From positions 24,986,001 through 25,050,000 of the forward strand of contig JAQFVV010000003.1 in NCBI GenBank assembly GCA_028023455.1: a stretch of DNA of 64,000 bases, read 5' to 3'. The position numbers and the translations under genes were made by a program. The notes below the pieces were generated by a model. It was not told the origin of the DNA. It saw only the letters and a list, made by a program, of their open reading frames with translations, and did no database searches. Below, one piece after another: positions 25,079 through 37,100 of this stretch (position 1 is its first letter; each line of letters opens with the position of its first letter). The DNA is from Epiperipatus broadwayi. Taxonomy: Eukaryota; Animalia; Onychophora.

Positions 25079-25789
25079 ACATATATATATGGTTGTGTAT
25101 TAATAAAAAAAATTGAAGGGACAAATTTTCATTTACTGCAAAAATAAAAATAAGGAAAAAAAAAACTTTATTGCATTTTTATTTTTAAAATAAAGTAAAT
25201 AGTTAAATGACTGAATTTCATCACAATTAAATACACTCTGGGCAAGATTCCCCCCCCCCCAATAATTTTTTTCACTTATAGAAATATAATAAATTAGTCT
25301 CCTTATGAAGAAACTAAGTTCTCTCTAATTGTTTTGATATTTTTAATTAAGTATTAACTTTAGATATGTTTTAAAATTTTGTAAAACTTTTAGCATTACT
25401 CTTAAAGAATATTTTATTATGCAAAATACTACACATCAAATTTGAAAAGGATAATAAAGAAAATAAAATGTAAGTGTTTTCAACATAAATCAAAAAATTT
25501 TTATTAATGAAGATGATTGTGTATGGTGCACTGAGATGAAATAATAGGTGCTGCCATAATTTAAAATTTATTTACAAATTTCATTTAATTTTTTTTAATG
25601 TGATCACATATGGTGCTCTGGCTGTTTGATTATCATAAAATACATAATTTTAGTGAGATTTGTTTGATTTTTTTATTTACATTTTTTTTTTTTTGGTTGT
25701 TTACATTCTTTTTTTTTTGTGTGTGTGTGGATAGTATATAATTGAAGTGGTGTATATGGATTGACACAGCACAGTTCATTGCTTCACTA

Positions 25790-26170
25790 TATTAGTGATC
25801 CATTTCAAACTGAGTATCTCTCCAAGTTTAATCCAGTTTTTTCTGATCTACACTTCCTTATTTACATTTAATCAACTCACATGAGGTATCTTGCTAGGGT
25901 TTTTACAATGTCTTGGGATCCAGTTTAATATACCAATTATCCATAATATTTATCCTATCACTCATATACTTTGCTTTTCATTCCTTAATACTTCTAGCAT
26001 ACATTTCTCTATATTTCCCGGAGTGGTTTGAAATCTCAGTGTTGTTCTTACAGATTCATAATTTATTTTCAAACACATGACATTTCATTTTAATGTTAAG
26101 TTATTTTTACCAAAAGTATTCCATCGAAATTTAGTTTTATAATGAATTCCTTTCATTATGACTTTAGTCA
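25790..26170 (-). mobile_element. Old 3' fragment related to the RTE at 33845-36610
   Basis: Minus strand reads ttaaactggatcccaagacattgtaaaa and tggattaaacttggagaga, matching 36421-36450 and 36544-36562. Confidence 0.75.
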
Positions 26171-27919
26171 TAACAATATTTAACTATTAGAAAGCACCTA
26201 TATTATTCAAAAGCCAAGTGCAAACAATCACAGATACATCCACAGACCTATTGAAATTTGTCAACATAATAAGACAAAATGATTACTAGTTGATACAGAA
26301 ATATAAATTAGTCATGAAATGGTCAATTATTATATACATTTTCCAACTGATTACTTTGATATTCTTTTGAATGTGTTGTTTATTTTATGTTATTCCACAT
26401 CAATTATTTATTTATTTATTTTTGATTAAATGAATTTTTATAAAAATATAAAAAAACATTATGATTTTAAATATTTGATTATTATCATTGTACTGCATAT
26501 ACATTTTCAATATCAGGTCTACTCAAGATTCATCTAATGTAAACTTGAATAATCAATAGACACCAGAAAGTATTGATTTCGCAAGCTTATAATAGATGGC
26601 TCTAGATTGGAATGAAGAGAACTGCACTTGGAAGAATACAAATAAGCATATGAAAAAATCATGTAATATTTATTAGTATATATAAATAATTATTTATGTT
26701 ATATTTTGATTTACAAGTATCAAACTTTCTATATTCATAACTTTGATATCAACGACTGCAGGCGAGTGCTGGTTCAGCATAAAATAAATATTGGTGTCAT
26801 TCGTCTTTTTCTGATATCTTTACTCATTATTTATATATATGTTGCACTGTATACTATGGTCTGTGTGATGACTCCCCTTCCCCAAAGTTTCCTGCAAATG
26901 TTTAAAATTTAAGAGTGAATCATTAATTATACACACATATAGATATATTTATACTGCATATGCTTATATAAATAAATTAAAACTTAAATTTGCGAGCTAA
27001 AATTTTTAAATCAAAATTCGAGTTATCACTTTGGCATTTAAACATTACATGATCTATCTACTGACATATAACTAATCGATTATTTTATTTAGAATTAAAA
27101 ATAATGTTTTTCTATTTTGTCAAAGTTATTATCTGAATACATACAAGCTCTATATTAATAATAACGTAAAATAAATTTGTGTGTGGTGTTCAATCTTTTA
27201 TACGTTAACGTGTGTGTATTATGTAAACACATACTCGAAATTCATATGCTTTAATTGCCATTAGCATGTATTTTTATAAAATTATCATCATATTTCTCTT
27301 TATATAAATACATTATCATAAATAAAAGAAACATAGATAATAAAAAACAAGGGAATAGATACAATACATGCTAAGGCTTTTAAAGTAAGATATAATAACT
27401 GAAACCGATTACAGTATGTATTAGGGCTTTTAAAGTAAGATATATTTGAAACCAAATTTCTCTTTCAAAATGAATGAAGTCTCTTCCCTCTTCTGTCTAA
27501 TATTGCCTTTGAAATATGAAGACAACAGATGTTAATAAATCAAATCTGGGACTACTTTGTCACAACATACCAACAAACATTTCTTACGATTTTGGTCTAA
27601 GTGATTTCTACTTTCTTGCCAATCTTGACCAAATTAGGTCTAAAAAGATTTTTTCCCATACTTCATCATTGCCGTCATTGTAAATATATACAATAATAAT
27701 AATAATGCAAAATAAATTATTGGTTTTAATATTCTCAAGCACAGCTGTTTACTCTTTTGTAGTGATGAGTTGAACCAGAGAGTGTTCAAAAACTCTGCTG
27801 GGAGTCAAGAAAACAGACAATAATTTATAGGTTTTTTTTTTTAATATTTAACTCTTGAAAAGAAAAATTTATTTTGCTTTTAGAATAACCACATTTCTGT
27901 TTACTTTCTATATATAAAA

Positions 27920-28350
27920 GACTTAATAAATAAAAAATATTTGTCAGAAAAAGCGATATAAATATTAAAACTAAAAAATAGTGTTATCTAATGTTTTCAG
28001 ATTAGTCATTAATCAATACTAAGTATCACATGACCTCAGAAACTAGTCGTGAAAATATGTTTGTATTGCTATCAAATGATTATTGAATACTTAATGCTTT
28101 AGATTGTCCACGGTGTTGTTTACTTTTTATATTTTAAGGTTAATAAACAAATAGATAAATAAATATTTGTTAGAAAAAGCAACATAATATCAAAGCTAGA
28201 AAACACATTGTCATCTAGAGTTTATTGATGAGTAAATACTTCAACTGACTTCAAAAGCTAATCATGGAAATCTGTTTGTATTTATATAAAATTGCTATTA
28301 AATTAATGGTAAGCACCATGACTTCCAAAACTGGTCAAAACATCTGTATT
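27920..28350 (+). repeat. Ancient diverged tandem (about 220-bp period) with a hammerhead-like relic
   Basis: aaatatttgt(c/t)agaaaaagc recurs at about 27935 and 28160. 28026-28052 reads tcac-atga-cctca-GAAACTAGTC-gtga. Confidence 0.35.
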
Positions 28351-29984
28351 ACCATGCAGTGATATTTACTCATTGCTCAGCATTATATGAATCCAGAAAA
28401 TGTTCTAAAAGCTTATATTTTGCACCAATTTAGGATCTATTAATAACCTTTGCTTACTCAGAAGGTGATGATTTAAGAATAGTGATAATAGAAAAGACAT
28501 TATTATATGAAAAAATATTTTCTTCATGTGAATTTACCTTTTGACTTAAGCATATCTATTTATAGAATACATTTATTTTAGAATCACAAAACTTGTGTGT
28601 TTTTGTACTGTGCCTAGATTGGTGGATCCAAGAGTTAAAAGTTCTTGGGTTAATTCTTGGGGTAATGATAATAAAATATTTCAATTTGATTGATTGAATA
28701 AAACTGACAACAATCCTCTGACAAGTTGCAAGCTCTGAAAAATCTGATGGCGATTAAACATTTGAACATGGTTACATGATTTCAAAACATTTTTTTCTCT
28801 TCCAATGTTAAATGGAATTTTTATCTTAAACCATATATAAATAATAGGTCTGTAGTCCATGAAAATCTTTGCTTTGACACGCACACACACCCACATATAT
28901 ATATACCAGAATTTAAATCACATTCTGAAGTGGAATGCATAACATTATATTCTTGCAAATGTGTACATGCATGAAAATACTTGACAGCATGTTTTTTCAA
29001 TGCTTCTCTCTTAAAAAGGAAAAAACAAAATAGAAGATATTATCAAGACCAGATGGGAAGATTTTAATGTCTTTTTTTATATATACTTACATTTCTAATT
29101 GTTTTTATTAAAAAAAAACAACTGATAACTACAAAACTATACATAGATATTTGATGCCACTGTTATACACAATTAATTACTTAATGCTTAGATAAAGAAG
29201 TGATTGAAACACTAATCTATTCTTAGTTAAAAGGCAAAATCGCAAGTTTAGAATAATTAGACACCAATTATTTATTAATAATCAAATGGCTAACTGGTTG
29301 ACTATGGACCAACTTATTCAAAAAACAATCTAAACCTGTTAAAAACTTTTAAAAAATCATCTACTTAACTCACATTCAAATATAAGATCTGACACATAGC
29401 AGGCAAAATGTTAATCCTTATGCTGTAATATTCTTATTGAGTATATGCTTTTATTGTCTCCAAAGAAAAACAAAAAAAAAAAGACTATCTCACCAGAGTA
29501 ATGAATTCCTGTCTGAAGATTTTCATATTTTTGCTAAGATTAACTAGCTATCCATTTACAAGCCAATAGTTGAAGAAGTAATGATGATATCTGTTTTATC
29601 TGAACAAAAATTCATCAAGTTCAATCCAGGTGTGAGCTCATAAAGTATACTAGCCACAACATCAAAGCACTTTCTTGTAATTCTTTTAGTACAGTTATCT
29701 ATAAAATAGTTGGCTATAAATGAACTACTGCTACTATTGTTGATCTGAAAGTTTGTAATGATGGCATTTTAGGTAAAAATATATTAATATTTTCATATTT
29801 GCAATTGTTAGTGAGAGTCCACAGATTGATATATAATATAATGTTTAGATTAGTATTATTCTTTTCTTTATATATTGCTAGCTTGAGCAGTAATAATACT
29901 ACAATAAGTATCAAACCAGAGACTTTTGTATTCAAGAATACTGCATTTAAAGTGATAATCTAACCAACTAGGCTATTCTATCAA

Positions 29985-30290
29985 AGATCAACAGTTAACA
30001 GAAAATTTATGTACTTCTCTATAAGAGTTCTTTTGATTTCTCCATTTTTTTAAAGTCAAGATTAATGAGTGGCTTTCAAATATTATGAATTGTCATAATA
30101 GGCTGATTTACAGGTTTATTTGCTATTGTCATATGAGTGACTTTTTTTTTCTTTTTTTCTTCTCTGTCAAATATTTTTGTCTTTTCTCAATCAAACACAT
30201 GTTCATTGTGAATGCAAGTTCTGCTTCCTTAATATATTTGTTTGTTCTTTTTCTACTGTTATTATGTTAAAGTAAAGAACAGATTTTGTT
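29985..30290 (-). mobile_element. PLE family-A 3' relic (end of the GIY-YIG region)
   Basis: Reverse complement gives catgtgtttgattgagaaaagacaaaaatatttgacagagaagaa and ggagaaatcaaaagaactc, homologous to 1560-1760. Confidence 0.6.
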
Positions 30291-31094
30291 TTTACTTTAA
30301 CATAATTATTGAACTTGGTAGTTTACCTTTACTGAACTATCCATCTCATAAAAATTTATATTGCTTATTTACTTTAGGGTAGCAGTTGTATAGTTCAAAA
30401 CACATTATACTTTAGAGTACTTTGTAAATCTGTAAAAGTAATTCATTTATTTATTACAAATAATCATAAAGCATTTATAGAAAATTTAATACTTAATATA
30501 AATAATATGGACCTATAATTTAATGCATTGTGTAAAAGTCCAATATTATTTCAGATATAGATAAAATGTAAAAGTCTTAAATAACTATTGCAAGATAAAG
30601 TGATATGTAACCACCAGAATATTAACTATTGTTTAATAAGAGATAATGTTATGTTTCTAATTTTTTGGCTTATACTTAATTAAAACAACTAAATATGTAT
30701 TTTCTAACTAATAACTGAATCGCTATTTAGAAAAGCTATAGACCAACTATTTTTTAAAAATCCTAAGCTTGCTTATAAATCTTTAACAACTTAAAATTTT
30801 TCCAAGATTCATCTGAATTTAACCCCAGATTACGAGTATGGCAAAGGATGTTCTAATTACAACAATATATTTCTTTATATATATATGCTCTGCATTTTTG
30901 GTGCAATAAGAATAGTGTTCTTAAGAGCTCAAGATCTATCGATGGATCACAGGCCAGCTCTGTTACTTTCACAGCTTGAACTTCTTATGAACTCTTAAAC
31001 AATAAACCATTTTATTATGTAATTTTAATTTACATTTTGTTATGTTAATACTTTCATGTATGTTTCCTCTTAGAGTTTTATTATCTGACTGAAT

Positions 31095-33100
31095 GCACTT
31101 TCAGACCCAGGCACCATAATCATAGCATTCTTGTTTCATTGGGTTGCTGCTTCTTATACAATATTTCCTTTGTTATATTATAATTATGCAAATGGTCTCA
31201 TTTATATATTCCACATGTGAGATAATTTGACATTTGTGCTTTCTACTGTTTATGAAACTCTTGTGGTTAGCTATAAACCATGCCTTCTTTCTCTTTTGGT
31301 CATTGCATTTTAGTCATTCTAGATTAGCTGTGACTGTATTCTCTTTCTTGATCCCAGAGAATGCAACTATATCTAGTATTTTCTTTAGTATATTTGTATA
31401 CATATTTATACTGTGCTAATTTGGTGGTAATGTAGCAATAATGAAACAATATGCCTAAAACAAGATTAAAGTGAACAGATTTGTAATAATGAACAAAACA
31501 GAATTCATACAAAAAACAATACAGTAAACAGAAAGATTTAATTTCAACAAAGTACTAGAGTATAACATAAAAGCTAAGAAAGATAAATTCATAAACTCCA
31601 GCAAAGCTTATAATAGAATGGAATACTTAAAAATGTATCCTTCAGCAGCAAAACGTCAAAGAATGTTCTCAAACATCAAGATGCATAAAGAGAACAACTC
31701 CCTGTGTTTAATGATGAATTTTGATGGTGCATATTACAACCAATCTACAAACACCATAGCAGAATTGCTAAAAAAAAAAGCCAGGTAGGATTTGGTAAAT
31801 ATACAATCAAATCACCAATTCAGCTGGTGTAATCAATCAAAAGTGTACATATCAAGGTGATTATAGACTCATCTCCCTGGTCATAACCAAGATGTATAGT
31901 GAATACCTCAAAAAACATTGATAACAAAAACCTATTAGAAGAAAGTGAATATAATCAACAAAAAAGCCAGTTCATCAATGAGAGACCAGAATAGATTGAC
32001 AACAACTTCACAGCCAAGTTTAATAATAATTATTAGCCTACCAGCAGAACAATATGCAGCCTACACTGGTAAAAACAGAAGAAGAAATTGTCTCAACATT
32101 CTTAGAAAAAGATTAATATATAATTTACAAAAGATATGTTGATGATGTACTTATATACACACCTGAACAGACTATTACCAAAATTCAAAAACTACTGACT
32201 ACCAAATCATTATTGCAATAGACATAAGGCATCAAATATCTAGATTTTATAATCCAACATAATAAAAACAATCTCAATTATAAAATGCTTATCAAATCAT
32301 TGGAAATAAGAGATGCAATCAATTCACAATCAAACATCCCAAAATCACAATTTCCCAGAATTCAAAGCATTCCTTTACAAAGCAGATTCTCTTCAAATAT
32401 GAAGTAGATAGGAAATAAAACATTGATAAATATGTCAAAGACCTATGCAACTTATGATACAAGTGTAAAATATTAAATAAAAAATAATAATATAAAAATG
32501 AAACAAAACATACAATACAAAATGATAATATACAGTGGATCAGCATGACTCGTAGACCAAAACAGGCTAATAACATTTAAAAAAATTTGCAGGCAAAAAT
32601 ACATGAGCTTCTGAACCCCAGCCAGCTTTAATAGAATACTTAACAATACCAAGAACAGGTTATCAAAGGAGGATATCCCACAAATAGTCTATGAGGTCTA
32701 GTGCAATGATCCAGGGTGCAAGTGTATATTACAATGAATACAGAACTAATATCACCTCCAGAATAATGCAGCACAAATATTTATAGAAATGCCTTAAAGA
32801 AAATTTTGAATATAGGACAGTTTTTTTCAATCATGAAAGAGAATATGGTCACAGTTTCAATACACAAAGCATTAATATATGCCTATAATATGACAAAAAG
32901 AGGAAGATGAAAGAGGTATGGTTCATAACTAGTGATAAGAATGTAAAAACAGGAGAAAAGGCAGTATCTAATTATCTCACAGGTAGGATATGAGCAATTT
33001 TGAATAATTATAAATAACAAAAAATAAATATTATATAAAAGCAACAACACAATAAAATCAGAATGCTATGATTATGTTGCTAATAAAAGTACATTCAGGC
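31095..33100 (+). mobile_element. Old PLE of a second family (RT plus GIY-YIG, about 31560-33100) with a 5' inverted copy of its own 3' end (about 31095-31400)
   Basis: YPSAAK..MFSNIKMHKENN near 31635-31700, RYVDD at about 32135, IVYEV*CNDPGC near 32680. 31095-31400 is the diverged reverse complement of 32790-33100 (for example gaatgctatgattatg). Confidence 0.75.
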
Positions 33101-33846
33101 ATATGTACACAAAAGTATTATATTTGATTATTATATTTATTTAAAATGATGTTAACTATGATTAGAATGATCTACAACTTAGAGAAATGAATAACTAATT
33201 TCTATTTTGTAAATTAATTAGTTTATTAATTAGTATTTATATAATGATTGAAAATGTCTAATTTCAACTGAAATATTAAAACTATTTATAACTGAAACTG
33301 TAATAGTATTTATTTTAATTTCTAATAATAATTTTAATGCAAATTTAAAATCTAATCACATTGCTAAAAATAACTAAGCTAAATCCTAATGCTAACTAAT
33401 CCAGTCAACATTAACCCAAGTCCTAGCTTTAAACCTATCTCAAATTTTAAACATACATTTAGAACTAATCATATACATAACCTTAATTCTGCCTTAAGAT
33501 CAAATTTTAAAAATGCTCTTAGACTAACTTTAATACCAAAATCTTACCCTAGGGCAAAAAAAATAAAACATTATTATTTCACTTTGGCTTATTCAAGAAT
33601 CATCAAACTAACATTTCATCTTTGTGATTTTACATATTTTCAATGAAGTGATTGCTTCAACTTAATATTCTTTCAAAAACATAGAGAGTTTGATTGGAAG
33701 CATTATAGGTCTACATTTTCTCAGCATAGATTTTAACTTATAAAAAGAAATGTGACTTCAAATAATCCTGAATGATTCATAACACATTAACTAAAGTCAA
33801 CTGATTGAATCAACTGCCATTTCTTACAATTTATATGTTGTTTTAA

Positions 33847-35016
33847 TTGTCTTATATTAAATGGGACATTATTGGACTTTGTGAAGTTAGAAGAAAAGGT
33901 GAAGAAACAATTGATTTAAAAAGTGGACATATACTCTATTATAAAGGCACACATATTGGAAATACAAGTGGAGTAGGATTCATTATAAATAAAAAGTGGA
34001 AGAACAATATTGTGGAGATTGATGGTGTATCGGACAGAGTTGCAAGATTAGTTATACAACTTAATAGCACATACCAAATGCAGATAATTCAGGTTTATGC
34101 CCCAACAAGTTCTCATAGTGATGAAGTAGTAGAAGATTTTTATATGGATGTACAAAAGGCTTTTGATCAGAGTAAACAACATTTTAAAATTGTTATGGGA
34201 GACTTTAATGCTAGAATTGGTAGACAAATGAAAGATGAAATTGCTGTAGGTAATTTTGGTTATGGTAATAGAAATGAGAGAGGACATAGACTTGTGGAGT
34301 TTGCAGAAAAAAAACTTTATATTATGAATTCATTTTTTGAGAAAAATGTTAAAAGGAAATGGACATGGAAGCATCCAAATGAAGGTACAGCAGAATTGGA
34401 TTATATTTTGACTAACAGGAAATACATATTTCAAGATTGTAATGTTCTTAATAAATTTAACACAGGAAGTGATCATCGATTAGTAAGGTGTAAGTTACGT
34501 GTTAATGTAAAACTAGAGAGACAAAAATTATTGAGAAAAACAATATTTACAGTTGATGTTCCTAATCTTCAGAAACATTCTAATGAATTTAAATTAGAAC
34601 TTACAAATAGGTTTCAAGTGTTAGGAGATTTTGAACATGATTCAGATTTGAATGAAATTAATATGAAAATAACTGATACACTTTTAAAAACTGCAACAAA
34701 GATAGCTGGTAGAAAAAAGCAGCAATTGACTAATAAAATTTCTACTGAGACTAGAGAATTTATGAAGAAAAGAAGGAATATGAAGATATACAAAAATGAT
34801 GTATTAAAAAGAATTGAATATCTCGAATTTTGTAAAATGGTACGGAAAAAAGTTGAAAATGATATAAGAAAGTATAACTGTGAAATAGCAAGGAAAGCTG
34901 TAGAAGAAAATAAAAGTCGCAAGAATGTTAAACAACATTTTGGTATTGGTAGGAAATTTATATCTGCAATAAAAAAAAAGATGGAATTATTACTAAAAAG
35001 AGAGATGACATCGTGA
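33847..35016 (+). CDS. RTE ORF, endonuclease part (N-terminus missing; true frame ends at about 34975)
   Basis: DIIGLCEVRR, GVGF, QVYAPT, MGDFNARIG, LDYIL and SDHRLV are APE motifs. Confidence 0.9.
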   Translation: MSYIKWDIIGLCEVRRKGEETIDLKSGHILYYKGTHIGNTSGVGFIINKKWKNNIVEIDGVSDRVARLVIQLNSTYQMQIIQVYAPTSSHSDEVVEDFYMDVQKAFDQSKQHFKIVMGDFNARIGRQMKDEIAVGNFGYGNRNERGHRLVEFAEKKLYIMNSFFEKNVKRKWTWKHPNEGTAELDYILTNRKYIFQDCNVLNKFNTGSDHRLVRCKLRVNVKLERQKLLRKTIFTVDVPNLQKHSNEFKLELTNRFQVLGDFEHDSDLNEINMKITDTLLKTATKIAGRKKQQLTNKISTETREFMKKRRNMKIYKNDVLKRIEYLEFCKMVRKKVENDIRKYNCEIARKAVEENKSRKNVKQHFGIGRKFISAIKKKMELLLKREMTS

Positions 35017-36593
35017 AATTGGTAGAAGATTTTTATCAAGAATTATATAGTAATAAAGAACAAGTACCTCCTATATCTATTACATCTTCTGAATTGCCCA
35101 GAATTTTAAATGAAGAAGTGAGACATGCAATTAAATGTATGAAGAAAGGAAAGGCTCCAGGAAATGATGGAATTATAATTGATATATTAAAAGAAGGAGG
35201 TGAAGAAATAGAAACAATTTTAGCAAAGTTATATACCAAATGTCTAAATGATAAAGATGTACCGGAAGATTGGAAGAATGCAGTAATAATATTAATATTT
35301 AAAAAAGGTGATAAAGAAGATATTAGAAATTACAGACCTGTCAGCCTTTTATCAGTTTTATATAAAATTTTTACCAAGATAATTACAACTCGTCTACAGA
35401 GAACTTTGGATTTCCACCAACCAAGAGAACAAGCTGGATTTAAAAGTGGTTTTAGTACAATAGATCATATCCAGGTATTGAGAGAAGTCATAGAAAGGAC
35501 AAATGAATATGAGTTGTCATTATGTTTTGGATTTGTAGATTATGAAAAGGCATTCGATTCTATACACATTTCTTCAGTGATTAAAGCATTGGATCATCAA
35601 GGTATAGATCCAGGATATTGTCATATTTTAAAGAATATTTATAAAAATGCAACAGCAACCATTAGATTACATAATGATACTGGAAAAATCAACATTGAAA
35701 AAGGTGTAAGACAAGGTGACTCCATATCTCCAAAACTTTTTACAGCAGTGCTGCAAGAAGTATTTTGTGGATTAAAATGGGAAACTAAAGGATTGAAAGT
35801 AAATGGAGAGTATTTAAGTCATTTAGATTTTGCAGATGATGTAGTTGTTTTTGCAAATAATGCTTCAGAGCTGCAGGAAATGTTGCAGGAGTTAGCAGAT
35901 GAAAGTAGAAAAGTAGGACTAAAGATAAATGTTAAAAAGACTAAAGTAATATTTAATCGATTTGCTCAAAATATGAAAATAAAGATTGATTATGAAGAAT
36001 TAGAAGAAGTTAACAGTTACAAATACCTAGGTCAGATTATTAATACAGATGGAAACATAATGGAGGAAATTAATCATAGAATTAAACTTGGTTGGAGTGC
36101 TTTTGGTAGAAATAACTTGATACTAAAAGGAAATATGCCTATGTGTTTGAAAAGAATGGTTTTTAACAAATGTGTTTTACCAGTTCTTACTTATGGATCT
36201 GAGACTTGGACACTTAATAGAAGAGCAATACAGAGACTTCAGACCACTCAAAGGAGTATGGAGAGATATATGTTGGGAGTAACAAGAAGAGATCGAAAAC
36301 GCAATGTATGGGTAAGACAACAAACAGGTGTTACTGACCTTATTGAAAAAATTAAAAGATTGAAATGGAGTTGGGCTGGACATATTGCTAGAAGAAATGA
36401 TAATAGATGGACAATTGAAATTTTAAACTGGATTCCAAGAGATTGTAAAAGACCCAGAAAGAGACCACATGTGAGATGGATGGATGAAATAAGAAAATGT
36501 GCAGGGGTGTTGTGGAAAAGAGAAGCTAAAGATTGGAGAAGATGGATTAAACTTGGAGAGACCTTCATCCTGCAGTGGATTGATAGTGGTTGA
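35013..36593 (+). CDS. RTE ORF, reverse transcriptase part (frame is open upstream to the A-run at 34971-34979)
   Basis: KAPGNDG, NYRPVSLL, EQAGF, DYEKAFD, GVRQGDSISP, FADD, YLG and AGHIARR. Confidence 0.92.
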   Translation: MKLVEDFYQELYSNKEQVPPISITSSELPRILNEEVRHAIKCMKKGKAPGNDGIIIDILKEGGEEIETILAKLYTKCLNDKDVPEDWKNAVIILIFKKGDKEDIRNYRPVSLLSVLYKIFTKIITTRLQRTLDFHQPREQAGFKSGFSTIDHIQVLREVIERTNEYELSLCFGFVDYEKAFDSIHISSVIKALDHQGIDPGYCHILKNIYKNATATIRLHNDTGKINIEKGVRQGDSISPKLFTAVLQEVFCGLKWETKGLKVNGEYLSHLDFADDVVVFANNASELQEMLQELADESRKVGLKINVKKTKVIFNRFAQNMKIKIDYEELEEVNSYKYLGQIINTDGNIMEEINHRIKLGWSAFGRNNLILKGNMPMCLKRMVFNKCVLPVLTYGSETWTLNRRAIQRLQTTQRSMERYMLGVTRRDRKRNVWVRQQTGVTDLIEKIKRLKWSWAGHIARRNDNRWTIEILNWIPRDCKRPRKRPHVRWMDEIRKCAGVLWKREAKDWRRWIKLGETFILQWIDSG

Positions 36594-36884
36594 TGATGAT
36601 GATGATGATGATATGTTGTTTTGTGGATAATAAATAAAAAGGTTTTTCACATTCTTCCCTTGGTATAAAGTAATGGGGTGCCTTCAATATTTTACATAAG
36701 AATGATGTACTGCATATTATTATAAAACATAATTTTTTTTTTATCTCTTATCAAAAAGGATAAAATAAAAGTGAATAGTAAAACACACACAAATATCATT
36801 TAATTAAACATATTTGAAAACATCATATATTCATCACAAATATTCATGATTATAAGGGAAAAAGTAGAAATGTATTTATATATT

Positions 36885-37100
36885 AAGCCAATAAAAATCA
36901 TATGCTCACTATTTCTTATGCTTGCTCTTAACTGTTATTAAAACAGGCAAAACTCTCTATACGTATTACCACTCAGTGCAAGCCAGAATAATCAATGAAT
37001 GCCAAAGGCTTGTGCATAAAATCCCCATCTAGTGCCTACTCATCCAATATCCCCAGACTAGTTTCTGGGTTGAGTGGTAATATGTGTAGAGAGTTTTGCC
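36885..37100. mobile_element. Family-B fold-back insertion (long minus arm ending in the hammerhead, short plus arm), 14-bp TSD
   Basis: acaggcaaaactctcta / tagagagttttgcctgt inverted ends. tgtatttatatatt at 36871-36884 and 37101-37114. ccccagactagtttc near 37052-37066 is hammerhead stem III plus helix I. Confidence 0.8.

Larger units (their letters stand above)
33845..36610 (+). mobile_element. RTE-clade LINE, slightly 5'-truncated, young
   Basis: APE endonuclease plus RT coding, short 3' end with (GAT)n tail at 36592-36612, 12-bp TSD atatgttgtttt at 33833-33844 and 36611-36622. Confidence 0.95.

Noticed and set aside
34969-34983. Programmed -1 frameshift at A AAA AAG in the RTE
   Set aside because: RTE elements normally encode EN and RT in one ORF and no downstream stimulatory structure was evident. 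A homopolymer indel is simpler.
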